A DNA stretch of 49,639 nucleotides from an uncultured Gammaproteobacteria bacterium (GTDB lineage: Bacteria > Pseudomonadota > Gammaproteobacteria > JABCZS01): assembly GCA_964443025.1 (NCBI GenBank), contig CAYUEL010000003.1, positions 1 through 49,639 on the forward strand, in the 5' to 3' direction. This document shows, one piece after another, positions 9,506 through 17,702 of the stretch (the stretch's first letter is position 1; the number at the start of each line of letters is the position of its first letter). The position numbers and the translations under genes are program-made. Below the pieces are notes generated by a model. The model worked only from the letters and a program-made list of their open reading frames with translations, had not been told where the DNA came from and searched no databases.

Positions 9506-10252
9506 ATGAATGACAACAAAACACATTTTGGCTTTGAAAAAATTGATGTGAAAGACAAAGTCAAACGTGTTGGCGAAGTATTCAGTAATGTTGCCAGCAA
9601 GTATGATCTCATGAATGATGCGATGTCATTTGGATTTCACCGTTTATGGAAACGTAGTTTTATCACATTAGCGAAACCTAAAAGTGGCGATCACGCATTG
9701 GATTTGGCGGCAGGCACGGGCGATATCACACGATTACTTAGCCAACAGGTTGGTGACAAAGGTCGCGTGATCAGCTCTGATATTAACCCAGACATGTTAA
9801 ATGAAGGTCGCAGCCGATTATTGGATCAAGGGCTTTATAACAATATTGAGTTTGTTGTTGCCAATGCGGAACAACTTCCTTTTCAAGAGTGTCAATTTGA
9901 TTTAATCACCATCGCATTTGGTTTGCGCAATGTGACGGATCCATCACAAGCGTTAAAAGAAATGGTTCGTACATTAAAGCCCGGAAGTGCGGCCTATATT
10001 TTAGAGTTTTCTAAACCGGCTTACGATTGGCTTGAAACGTTGTATGACAAATATTCTTTTAATATCATTCCTAAGCTTGGAGAATGGATTGCAAATGATA
10101 AAGAAAGTTATCAGTATTTAGTAGAATCCATTCGTATGCATCCTGATCAAGAAACGTTAAAAAATAAAATGCATCAAGCTGGATTTGATAAAGTGGATTA
10201 TTTCAATTTAATGGGCGGAATTGTTGCAATTCATCGTGGGTATAAATGGTGA
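9506..10252 (+). CDS. ubiE: ubiquinone/menaquinone C-methyltransferase UbiE
   Basis: SAM-binding motif LDLAAGTGD and full-length UbiE-like sequence. Conserved ubiE-ubiJ-ubiB order. Confidence 0.95.
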   Translation: MNDNKTHFGFEKIDVKDKVKRVGEVFSNVASKYDLMNDAMSFGFHRLWKRSFITLAKPKSGDHALDLAAGTGDITRLLSQQVGDKGRVISSDINPDMLNEGRSRLLDQGLYNNIEFVVANAEQLPFQECQFDLITIAFGLRNVTDPSQALKEMVRTLKPGSAAYILEFSKPAYDWLETLYDKYSFNIIPKLGEWIANDKESYQYLVESIRMHPDQETLKNKMHQAGFDKVDYFNLMGGIVAIHRGYKW

Positions 10253-10256
10253 TACG

Positions 10257-10847
10257 ATGGGATTAATCTGGGAACTTATTATTGCAAAGGCACAAGATTT
10301 TATAAATAAGGCCTGTCAATTTGATTTTAATTGGAATGATTTTTCAAAAGAACTAGATGATAAAACCATCGGCATTCATATGACACAGATTGATTGCGCC
10401 GTTTATGCCACGATCACGCGAGGTCAGATTGTTTTATCGACACATACACATGAGCCTACTGATTTAATGATCTCAGCAAGTCCCATGACCTTATTAGAAC
10501 TTGTTCAATCAGGCAATCCGAATCCTTCCGTAAAAATTGAAGGAAACGCGCATCTTGCTCAAACAGTACAAAAAATGATGCACACATTAAATATTGACTG
10601 GGAAGGTTTTGTTGCATCTTATACAGGCGATGCCATCGCACACGTCATTGGAAAAATTAAAATCCGAGGTAATAATAGCTTTTTAGAAAACCTTGGTGAA
10701 TACGTGTTATTTGAAACAGAAATGGCGCCCACGCAAGACGAAGTCAATCAATTTATTCATGATGTGACTCAACTTGATTATGCCGTTGAACGAATAGAAG
10801 CACGCATTCGATTATTAACTGAGAAAACAACTGATGTTATTCAATAA
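10257..10847 (+). CDS. ubiJ: ubiquinone biosynthesis accessory factor UbiJ (SCP2-like)
   Basis: Its position between ubiE and ubiB, its size and its SCP2-like sequence fit UbiJ. ATG 10257 sits just after the ubiE stop. The track start at 10221 would overlap ubiE. Confidence 0.7.
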   Translation: MGLIWELIIAKAQDFINKACQFDFNWNDFSKELDDKTIGIHMTQIDCAVYATITRGQIVLSTHTHEPTDLMISASPMTLLELVQSGNPNPSVKIEGNAHLAQTVQKMMHTLNIDWEGFVASYTGDAIAHVIGKIKIRGNNSFLENLGEYVLFETEMAPTQDEVNQFIHDVTQLDYAVERIEARIRLLTEKTTDVIQ

Positions 10848-12186
10848 AACGCGACGATTATTTTCAATGACGCTGATTACCATACGTTTTGGCTTATTGA
10901 ATCGCAATAAATTAACACGTCCACAACGGATACAGCAAACATTACAAGCGTTGGGACCTCTCTTTATTAAACTGGGTCAAGTACTTTCCACACGACCCGA
11001 TTTGATTCCTGCGGATATCGCAGAAGAATTAACCCGCTTGCAAGATCAAGTGCCTGCATTTTCTGCAGACATTGCTAAAAAAACCATTGAACAAGAGCTT
11101 AAACAACCGCTCGATGCATTATTTGCAGATTTTGAAGATCAAACCATCGGATCAGCCTCCATTGCACAAGTTCATGGCGCGACGTTATATACGGGTGAAA
11201 AAGTAGTTATCAAAGTATTACGCCCCAATATTGAAAATATTGTGAAGCGTGATATTGCAATACTTCATTTCCTTGCCAAATGGATTAGCCGATTAAGGCC
11301 TTCACTTACCAACATGCGTTTGCGTGATGTGGTTTCTGAACTTGAAAAAACATTGTGTGATGAATTGGATTTGATGCGAGAAGCGGCCAATAGTTCCGTA
11401 TTGCGCCGTCATTTTAAACATGGTTCTGATTTAGTCGTGCCGAAAGTGTATTGGGATTATTCTGCTAAACGTGTTGTCACATTTGAGCGTGTTTATGGAA
11501 CATCCATTGACGACATTGATAAACTGAAGGCGCAAGGTATTCATTTACCCACCCTTGCCAAAAAGGGTGTCGAATTATTTTTCACACAAGTATTTCGTGA
11601 TTGTTATTTTCATGCTGATATGCACCCGGGTAATATGTTTGTGACGCCACCCGATACACAGGGGCACTCTAAAATCATTCTTGTTGATTTCGGCATCATG
11701 GGAACATTAACAAAAACAGATCAACGCTATCTTGCTCAAAACTTAATGGCATTTATCAAGCGCGATTACCGAAAAGTGGCGGAATTACACATTGAATCCG
11801 GTTGGGTTCCAAAAGAGACTCGCATGGATGAATTTGAATCGGCACTACGCGCCGTGTGCGAACCTATGTTTGAACGACCCATTCAGCAAGTTTCCTTTGG
11901 AAAATTGTTGATGCGTTTATTTCAAACCGCTCAACGTTTTAATATGATTATTCAACCTCAATTAATCTTGTTACAAAAAACTATTTTAAACATTGAAGGT
12001 GTTGCTCACAAACTTCATCCTGAATTAAATGTATGGGAAACCGCGGGCCCCGTGATTAAAGATTGGATGCGCCAACGCATGAGCTTACGCGCCACATTAA
12101 AACGTATCCGCGCTGAATTACCTTTCTTGTCGGAACGTTTGCCCGAATTACGTGAAGTAGTGTTGCGAGTGTTACAAAAAGACTAG
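10834..12186 (+). CDS. ubiB: ubiquinone biosynthesis protein kinase-like UbiB (ABC1 family)
   Basis: ABC1/UbiB motifs LGPLFIKLGQVLSTRPDL, SASIAQVH, HADMHPGN and DFG. 450 aa, ending LPELREVVLRVLQKD. Confidence 0.9.
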   Translation: MLFNKTRRLFSMTLITIRFGLLNRNKLTRPQRIQQTLQALGPLFIKLGQVLSTRPDLIPADIAEELTRLQDQVPAFSADIAKKTIEQELKQPLDALFADFEDQTIGSASIAQVHGATLYTGEKVVIKVLRPNIENIVKRDIAILHFLAKWISRLRPSLTNMRLRDVVSELEKTLCDELDLMREAANSSVLRRHFKHGSDLVVPKVYWDYSAKRVVTFERVYGTSIDDIDKLKAQGIHLPTLAKKGVELFFTQVFRDCYFHADMHPGNMFVTPPDTQGHSKIILVDFGIMGTLTKTDQRYLAQNLMAFIKRDYRKVAELHIESGWVPKETRMDEFESALRAVCEPMFERPIQQVSFGKLLMRLFQTAQRFNMIIQPQLILLQKTILNIEGVAHKLHPELNVWETAGPVIKDWMRQRMSLRATLKRIRAELPFLSERLPELREVVLRVLQKD

Positions 12187-12193
12187 CTTTCCC

Positions 12194-12209
12194 AGCGCCT
12201 GCCGGCGCT
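12194..12209 (+). terminator. short GC hairpin just after the ubiB stop (weak terminator candidate)
   Basis: AGCGCC-TGCC-GGCGCT is a 6-bp stem with a 4-nt loop, followed by TGTGT. A related CCCC-TGCC-GGGG hairpin lies at 14107-14118. Confidence 0.3.
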
Positions 12210-12214
12210 TGTGT

Positions 12215-12340
12215 ATCTCACCTTCGGAACCGCGACTGTAAAGGAGCGGATGCGACGAGCGAGAACGCTTGTTCAAATTTCCAATAGAATGTTTGCTCAT
12301 CACATCCCCTCACTCACGTTCGGGGTTCTGAAGGCGAGAT
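12215..12340. repeat. 126-bp GC-rich element bounded by 17-bp imperfect inverted repeats (MITE-like)
   Basis: ATCTCACCTTCGGAACC (12215-12231) matches the reverse complement of GGTTCTGAAGGCGAGAT (12324-12340). That gives 15 Watson-Crick pairs, 1 G-T pair and 1 mismatch. Confidence 0.4.
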
Positions 12341-12405
12341 CATCGCACACACTCGAATACAGGCACATAAAAATGACAACATCAAATGAATTCAACTGTG
12401 CCTAT

Positions 12406-12436
12406 CCCTGCTCAACAACAATCCCAATTCGAATAA
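12406..12436 (-). pseudogene. orphan copy of the tatC 3-prime end (31 bp)
   Basis: CCCTGCTCAACAACAATCCCAATTCGAATAA is 29/31 identical to 14241-14271, which encodes the real TatC C-terminus ...LFELGLLLSR. Orientation is the same. Confidence 0.75.
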
Positions 12437-12510
12437 TAAAATAATCGGACTAGCATATAAAATTATCCGCTTATTTATCAAGAAGATAGGGTGTCCCTAG
12501 TCAATCATTT

Positions 12511-12542
12511 AAAAATGTGCTATCATTTGATGGAACATTTTT
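12511..12542. promoter_or_regulatory. inverted repeat (operator-like) over the putative toxin-antitoxin promoter
   Basis: AAAAATGT (12511-12518) and ACATTTTT (12535-12542) flank TGCTATCAT, an extended -10-like sequence. They lie 15-45 nt upstream of the antitoxin ATG. Confidence 0.4.
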
Positions 12543-12556
12543 AAATAGGAGTCTAC

Positions 12557-12880
12557 ATGGATACATTCACCGTTAGAGACCTGAGAGAACATACGGGCAC
12601 TCTCATCCATGATGCCGAAAAGGGTAAACTTTCTTTAGTCACAAAACACGGCCGACCCATTTTTCTTGCCGTACCTTTTAGCGAAGATTTGCTTATCTTA
12701 GGATTACGCACCGCTCTCGCAATCAAACTATACAAAGAAGAGACATTAACATTAGGTAAAGCTGCTAAGTTATCCGGGCAATCTATAGAAGCTTTTATAG
12801 AAAAGTTAGGACAATTAGGTGTTCCTGTAGTTGATTATTCACCTTCTGACATTCAAAGGGAGTTAAAGGATTTTGAATGA
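12557..12880 (+). CDS. type II antitoxin (Phd/YefM-like N-terminus fused to a UPF0175-like C-terminus)
   Basis: 107 aa. The N-terminus is RDLREHTGTLIHDAEKGKLSLVTKHGRPIFLAVPF. The C-terminal LTLGKAAKLSGQSIEAFIEKLGQLGVPV is UPF0175-like. It overlaps the downstream PIN-like gene by 8 nt. Confidence 0.75.
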   Translation: MDTFTVRDLREHTGTLIHDAEKGKLSLVTKHGRPIFLAVPFSEDLLILGLRTALAIKLYKEETLTLGKAAKLSGQSIEAFIEKLGQLGVPVVDYSPSDIQRELKDFE

Positions 12881-13367
12881 TCGCATCATTGTAGCAGATT
12901 CAAGTCCATTGATTGCTTTTGCACGTATTAATCAGATTCAACTGTTATCCCACTTGTTTAACACTATTTTAATTCCTCAAACTGTGGCCGCTGAATGTCT
13001 CGAAGATATTTCCCGTGCCGGTGCCCAAGATATTCAAAAAATGATCAATAAAAAATTAATAACCATACATCCTGACATTGATACAGAAATTCATAAAAAT
13101 TTGTTTGATATTTTAGATCAGGGAGAAATATATGCTATTGCTTTGGCGCTTAAATTAAGTGCTAGTTTATTAATTGATGAAAAACTAGGTCGTAATATAG
13201 CAAAAAACTTAAACTTAAAGACAATTGGAACTGCGGGCGTTCTATTGCTTGCTAAACAAAGGAAACTAATTAGCAAGGTAAAACCTTTAATTGAAGATTT
13301 AAAATCAGCGGGTTGCTATTTATCAGATGCATTAATAAAAGAAGTTTTAAAAAATGCAAAAGAATGA
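12873..13367 (+). CDS. DUF3368-family PIN-like nuclease toxin
   Basis: The N-terminal IVADSSPLIAFARINQIQLL and the 164-aa size are typical of DUF3368 proteins, the usual partners of UPF0175 antitoxins. Confidence 0.75.
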   Translation: MNDRIIVADSSPLIAFARINQIQLLSHLFNTILIPQTVAAECLEDISRAGAQDIQKMINKKLITIHPDIDTEIHKNLFDILDQGEIYAIALALKLSASLLIDEKLGRNIAKNLNLKTIGTAGVLLLAKQRKLISKVKPLIEDLKSAGCYLSDALIKEVLKNAKE

Positions 13368-13421
13368 GAACGACTCCCTGAATTACGCGAAGCATTGTTG
13401 AAGGTGTTGCAGAGGGATTAA
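13368..13421 (+). pseudogene. orphan diverged copy of the ubiB 3-prime end (18 codons including stop)
   Basis: Immediately after the toxin stop the frame reads ERLPELREALLKVLQRD*. The intact UbiB end at 12186 reads ERLPELREVVLRVLQKD*. The two align codon for codon, mostly with synonymous or conservative changes. Confidence 0.8.
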
Positions 13422-13429
13422 AACCCCAT

Positions 13430-14083
13430 TTAAGACGGGTTAGGCGTGTATGGAACGTATGTCTCTTTGATCCTAGGGGAATTACTATCTGGAGTTGGAT
13501 CAGGATCTAGATCAGCAGCAGCATCTTCGTCATCATCAATACGCTTTCGCTTATTGGGTTGATCATTTTGAGCTTGGAAAATTTTATCCATATTAGTAGG
13601 GTACGAGTTAAAGATGCCGTTTTTATAATTCACAGCAGCATTTTTCATTTTTTCTGGAAATACTGCGCTTTGGATATCGGACAATGAAGTATGTTCGACA
13701 TATACATTAAAAGCCCGCTGTTCAAGGGAAGCAAGATCAGTAAAAACATACCCGGGCGGCGGATTGACAGGAATAACGATCTTAAACTTTTCTTGATATT
13801 TTTTATTATATTGAATCAGAATAATACGTGCTTCATCAGAAGTTTTGGCCTTGGCTATAGCTTGGTTGCGTTCTAATAATAAAGAAGTCCTCTCATACAA
13901 TTCTTGCTGCCTCAGGCGTTCCATTGCATTTGGAGGAACCTCTGTAATATTAAGATTCCACTCTAAGTCTTCGATAAATTTATTTGTATAATAAAGATAT
14001 GTAGTGATATCTATGCCTGTGGGAGTAGGAGATTCATACTGATAATAATGAAGAACAGGTCTTTTGTTATTAAATTTTGGCAT
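13430..14083 (-). CDS. hypothetical protein (orphan, 217 aa) with a basic KRKR patch and an acidic/Pro-rich tail
   Basis: Long ORF in an AT-rich coding-like context with GAGGG upstream of the ATG. I recognise no domain. The C-terminus is ...NDQPNKRKRIDDDEDAAADLDPDPTPDSNSP... Confidence 0.55.
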   Translation of the reverse strand: MPKFNNKRPVLHYYQYESPTPTGIDITTYLYYTNKFIEDLEWNLNITEVPPNAMERLRQQELYERTSLLLERNQAIAKAKTSDEARIILIQYNKKYQEKFKIVIPVNPPPGYVFTDLASLEQRAFNVYVEHTSLSDIQSAVFPEKMKNAAVNYKNGIFNSYPTNMDKIFQAQNDQPNKRKRIDDDEDAAADLDPDPTPDSNSPRIKETYVPYTPNPS

Positions 14084-14152
14084 ACTGCAAGCCCTCAGAG
14101 TATCACCCCCTGCCGGGGCTTGTTCGAATTATATCATTTTACCCCCCTATTT

Positions 14153-14184
14153 GTCGCACTGCGTGCGACTACACGTGCGACTAC
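14153..14184. repeat. GTGCGAC-core repeats (one inverted, two tandem 12-bp direct copies) in the spacer between tatC and the 217-aa gene
   Basis: GTCGCAC (14153-14159) is followed by GCGTGCGACTAC (14161-14172) and ACGTGCGACTAC (14173-14184). The cluster is bracketed by C6 (14142-14147) and G6 (14187-14192). Confidence 0.5.
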
Positions 14185-14235
14185 ATGGGGGGCTCCGCAT
14201 CTGGACGCGGCTGCCGCCGCTACGGGATATTCATT

Positions 14236-14931
14236 TTATTCCCTACTCAACAACAACCCCAATTCGAATAACAGGATGATAGGTACCGCAAGTAAGGTTT
14301 GTGAAAATACATCAGGCGGAGTGAGTAACATGCCAATCACAAATGCGCCAATGATAACGTAAGGTCTTTGTTTTTTAAGCGTGGATTTTTGAACAATGCC
14401 GCTTCGAGTTAACAATACAACAATGATGGGCACTTGAAAACTTAATCCAAATGCAAATAACATTGTCAGGATAAAGCTCACATAGGCGTTTACATCGGTT
14501 AATACTTCAACACCATTCGGTGCGGTGGTCACAAAGAAATCCAATACCCAGGGAACCACGACAAAATAAGCAAAGGCAACACCTAAATAAAATAATACCA
14601 AACATCCAAACAATATGAGCATCACAAAACGTTTTTCATGTTTAAATAAACCGGGTGCAATGAAAATCCAAACCTGATACATCACCCAAGGAAGTGCCAT
14701 TCCGAATGCCAATACTAAACTTAGTTTTAACGGTGCAAAAAATGATGAAGTAATATGGGTTGCAATTAAATACCCTTGCGGGAGTTGTTGTAACAGTGGC
14801 TGTGCAACCAGAGTAAAAATAGGGTTGGCTAAAAACGCAAATACAATGGCAAAAGCACCATAACCTAACACGGCTTTGATTAAGCTTCTACGTAAATCCA
14901 CCAGATGTTTTAAAGGTTCACTTTTGTTCAT
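14236..14931 (-). CDS. tatC: twin-arginine translocase subunit TatC
   Basis: 231 aa with a multi-TM TatC-like sequence (..FAPLKLSL.., ..TPPDVFSQ..). It follows tatA and tatB on the same strand. Confidence 0.93.
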   Translation of the reverse strand: MNKSEPLKHLVDLRRSLIKAVLGYGAFAIVFAFLANPIFTLVAQPLLQQLPQGYLIATHITSSFFAPLKLSLVLAFGMALPWVMYQVWIFIAPGLFKHEKRFVMLILFGCLVLFYLGVAFAYFVVVPWVLDFFVTTAPNGVEVLTDVNAYVSFILTMLFAFGLSFQVPIIVVLLTRSGIVQKSTLKKQRPYVIIGAFVIGMLLTPPDVFSQTLLAVPIILLFELGLLLSRE

Positions 14932-15175
14932 CGGATTGAGTTTTTGTCATAAGATCGGAAACATCGCTTACTTTCGCAGCATTTTCAATGCGCTTTTGAA
15001 GTTCCAATTCTTTTTCTTGATTAATATAATGTTGTTCAAGTTCGCTCGTATAACTACGAACTTTAAACAACAACCGTCCAAATAATTTAGCGGTATTGGC
15101 CCATTGTTCGGGTTTCAATAAAAACAATGCCAACACCAACACAAGAAGAATTTCAAAAAAGCCGATAGAGAACAT
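14918..15175 (-). CDS. tatB: twin-arginine translocase subunit TatB
   Basis: [21 protein letters not shown]-terminal TM helix plus an amphipathic helix. 85 aa, lying between tatA and tatC. Confidence 0.75.
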   Translation of the reverse strand: MFSIGFFEILLVLVLALFLLKPEQWANTAKLFGRLLFKVRSYTSELEQHYINQEKELELQKRIENAAKVSDVSDLMTKTQSDEQK

Positions 15176-15333
15176 TAGGATTTACTGTCATCTTTATCTT
15201 TTACCGCATCTCGAAAGCCTTTAAATGCTTTGCCTAAATCTTCACCCATATTGCGCAAACGCTTGGTACCGAAGATTAATGCAATCACCAATAACAATAT
15301 CAATAATTGCCAGATGCTAATGCCGCCGATCAT
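15175..15333 (-). CDS. tatA: twin-arginine translocase subunit TatA
   Basis: [34 protein letters not shown] is canonical TatA. ATG 15333 has GGGG 6 nt upstream. The track start at 15387 would overlap hinT. Confidence 0.85.
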   Translation of the reverse strand: MIGGISIWQLLILLLVIALIFGTKRLRNMGEDLGKAFKGFRDAVKDKDDSKS

Positions 15334-15352
15334 ATTATACCCCCTGAAATAA

Positions 15353-15700
15353 TCAGAACCCAGGCAACGTTCCACTACCGCCGCCAATCAAATGGACATG
15401 CAAATGGAAGATCACCTGCCCGCCTTTGCTACCGGTATTAACGATAGTGCGATAACCTTCGCCAATGCCATTGGCGCGGGCGATGCCGGGTAATTGTAAC
15501 ATCAAATGTGAGATGAGTTCACTATCTTCCTCAGAAAGGGTATTTAAACTATCGATATGTTTTTTAGGCGTCACCAACAAATGGACGGGTGCTTTAGGAA
15601 AAATATCTTTAAAAACAATGAGTTGATCGTCTTCAAAAACAATGCTTGCGGCTTGTTCCTTGTGAATGATTTTACAAAATAGACAATTATCCTTAACCAT
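15353..15700 (-). CDS. HIT-family nucleotide hydrolase (HinT-like)
   Basis: Histidine triad HLHVHLIGG. 115 aa. Confidence 0.9.
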   Translation of the reverse strand: MVKDNCLFCKIIHKEQAASIVFEDDQLIVFKDIFPKAPVHLLVTPKKHIDSLNTLSEEDSELISHLMLQLPGIARANGIGEGYRTIVNTGSKGGQVIFHLHVHLIGGGSGTLPGF

Positions 15701-15764
15701 AAAACACCTCCAAATGTCTGCTAGAATTATAAGGCTACAACTCTCCTAAGGAAAGGATATACCC

Positions 15765-16037
15765 ATGAATATTAAACCGTTATTACTAACTTTCATGCTT
15801 GGAATAAGCATGAGCGCTTCCGCTGATCTCATTTATGATGAAGGAACCGCTCCTTCGCATGGACCCTCTGGCGAAGAAGTGACGATAGAAGACCCTTCTC
15901 AAACCGATGCTGCTACACAAGTGAGTCCCGATGACGCAGTGATTGAAAGTCCAGAAGAATTTGATGCTAATGATGTTGATGATGATGAAATAGAACAAGA
16001 GCAAGAAGATGAATTTGAATCCGAGGTGACACCATGA
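15765..16037 (+). CDS. small secreted acidic protein (hypothetical, 90 aa)
   Basis: Signal-peptide-like MNIKPLLLTFMLGISMSASA followed by a strongly acidic, low-complexity mature part. AAGGA RBS present. The stop overlaps the next ATG (ATGA). Confidence 0.5.
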   Translation: MNIKPLLLTFMLGISMSASADLIYDEGTAPSHGPSGEEVTIEDPSQTDAATQVSPDDAVIESPEEFDANDVDDDEIEQEQEDEFESEVTP

Positions 16038-16306
16038 AAACATTACTCAGCTCATTAATACTGTTGATGACATTGAGCGTACCTGCGTTTGCAAATGATC
16101 TGCAACTGGCTGATCTGGGTATGGAAGGTGAAAACGATTTCGATTCTTATGATGAAATCGATCCCTATGGCAATCGCGGTCAACTGGTTGACGAGGAAAC
16201 AAGAGATCCTTACCAAGGAACGCAGCGCGAGCAAGAACAACAAGAAGAACAGCAAGATGTGCAGATGCAACAAAAACAACGTGATATACAAAAGCAGTAT
16301 GATTAA
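16034..16306 (+). CDS. small secreted acidic/Gln-rich protein (hypothetical, 90 aa)
   Basis: Signal-peptide-like MKTLLSSLILLMTLSVPAFA followed by an acidic, Q/E-rich mature part. GAGG RBS present. Translationally coupled to the upstream 90-aa ORF. Confidence 0.5.
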   Translation: MKTLLSSLILLMTLSVPAFANDLQLADLGMEGENDFDSYDEIDPYGNRGQLVDEETRDPYQGTQREQEQQEEQQDVQMQQKQRDIQKQYD

Positions 16307-16318
16307 TAAAAGGAATGA

Positions 16319-16334
16319 CACGCGAATACGCGTG
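16319..16334 (+). terminator. hairpin after the paired small ORFs (weak terminator candidate)
   Basis: CACGCG-AATA-CGCGTG lies 13 nt after the stop and is followed by an A/T-rich stretch without a clean T-run. Confidence 0.3.
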
Positions 16335-16439
16335 ACATACTAATTATATTTCGTGCAACAATATTCAATAATGCGCGTACATCTTTTGCTCATCCGATCG
16401 CTCGCTCACGCTCGCGCTCTGACGTGAGATGGTGTGTAT

Positions 16440-17702
16440 TCACACGACATTCCTTTCAAGTAAAAATTTCAGCATGCGTTGCAACGCGCCGCGGTTATTT
16501 TCAACCACGGCGTGCGCATGTTGTCCCACAAGTTGCGCATGGGCCGGATCACGAAACCACGTAATCACTTGTTCAGCCAGTGATAACGCGTCGTTAACTA
16601 ATATCAATCCACCCGCATGTTCAAGTTGTTGAACCACATCAACAAAATTAAATACATAAGAGCCCGAAATAATCGGAAGTTCCATTTCTGCTGCTTCTAA
16701 CATGTTATGTCCACCTACTGGAACCAAACTACCTCCAATAAAAGCAACGTCGCTTGCGGCATAAAGCAGCATTAATTCACCCATGGTATCGCCTAAATAC
16801 ACCTGCGTGTCTGCGTGAATTACTTCTTGTTGACTTCGACGCGCTACACTTAATTTTTCATTTAAACATTTTCCATATACAGGCAAAAAACGTTCTGGAT
16901 GTCGTGGCACAATAATGGCAAGTGCATTAGGAATATGTTGACGAATACTATGAATGGCATCTAGGATGGATTGTTCTTCGCCTGGGTGTGTGCTTGCTGC
17001 AATCCACACAGGTCTATTACCCAACGTTTGTTTTAATGCCTTACCTAATTGAACTGTTTCCTCATTACGCTTAATATCAAATTTAATATTACCGGTAACA
17101 TTGATTTTTTGCTCATCCACTCCCAATGTTTTAAAACGTTGCGCATCTGCTTGCGTTTGTGCAGCTAATTTTGTAATGCAATCTGCCATGATTTTCGTGA
17201 TACTTGAAAAATTCAAATACTTTTTCATGGATCGCTCAGAAAGACGCGCATTCGCAATCAACAAAGGAATATTGCGACTCTTGAGTATCGTAAATAAATT
17301 GGGCCACCATTCCGTTTCCATGATAATAAATTTTGTAGGCTGAAATATATCTAAAAATTTATTAACCGCTATTCCATAATCGTAAGGCAAATACACATGT
17401 TGAACAGTGCCTCCAAATAATTCTTGCACACGCTGAGATCCCGTGGGCGTTGTGGTTGTTACGGTTACAACGAAGCCTTGTTTTATTAATTGTTTAATTA
17501 AGGGCTCCGCTGCATTCGTTTCACCCAAAGAAACGGCATGCACAATAATACCTTTTGTTTGATAGGTTTTTTGATAATAGGAAAAACGTTCGTTGATACG
17601 TTTACGATAATTAGGTGCCAAACGCGATCGCCATAACAAACGCAGACAAGCCAAAGGCAAAATCAGATAAACTAAAAACTTATACAGTTTCAGGCTTAGC
17701 AT
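16440..17702 (-). CDS. waaA: 3-deoxy-D-manno-octulosonic acid (Kdo) transferase
   Basis: 420 aa with full-length WaaA/KdtA-like sequence (GT30), including HAVSLGE and the C-terminal GGH..LEAA region. Confidence 0.93.
   Translation of the reverse strand: MLSLKLYKFLVYLILPLACLRLLWRSRLAPNYRKRINERFSYYQKTYQTKGIIVHAVSLGETNAAEPLIKQLIKQGFVVTVTTTTPTGSQRVQELFGGTVQHVYLPYDYGIAVNKFLDIFQPTKFIIMETEWWPNLFTILKSRNIPLLIANARLSERSMKKYLNFSSITKIMADCITKLAAQTQADAQRFKTLGVDEQKINVTGNIKFDIKRNEETVQLGKALKQTLGNRPVWIAASTHPGEEQSILDAIHSIRQHIPNALAIIVPRHPERFLPVYGKCLNEKLSVARRSQQEVIHADTQVYLGDTMGELMLLYAASDVAFIGGSLVPVGGHNMLEAAEMELPIISGSYVFNFVDVVQQLEHAGGLILVNDALSLAEQVITWFRDPAHAQLVGQHAHAVVENNRGALQRMLKFLLERNVV

Noticed and set aside
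9260-9612. ORFs crossing the family A and B repeats: 9260-9526, 9379-9612, 36962-37195, 37005-37274, 45870-46211, 45965-46162, 48894-49091 and 48937-49140.
   Set aside because: Their sequences are translations of palindromic or tandem repeat DNA. Examples are AGMTEQSAGMTEQS and FPRFAPSFPRFAPS. They read through on both strands and overlap real gene ends, so they are classic repeat-derived artefacts.
10834-12186. Whether UbiB (450 aa, shorter than the 546-aa E. coli protein and lacking the C-terminal TM helices) was truncated by the adjacent insertion.
   Set aside because: The independent diverged ubiB 3-prime fragment at 13368-13421 ends at the same position (..VLQRD*). The short C-terminus is therefore native to this lineage, not a truncation artefact.
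12211-12444. A 77-aa ORF in the ubiB-proximal spacer, and three overlapping ORFs at 14048-14362 in the tatC-proximal spacer.
   Set aside because: They span GC-rich repeat or hairpin DNA and the tatC fragment or the real tatC end. They have no RBS and are mutually overlapping in several frames. The regions are better explained as duplicated junction spacers.
12437-14240. The TA / orphan-gene islet as a tRNA- or integrase-associated genomic island.
   Set aside because: No tRNA, tmRNA, integrase, recombinase or transposase gene is visible in or near the islet. Only the duplicated gene-end fragments support mobility, and that is what is reported.
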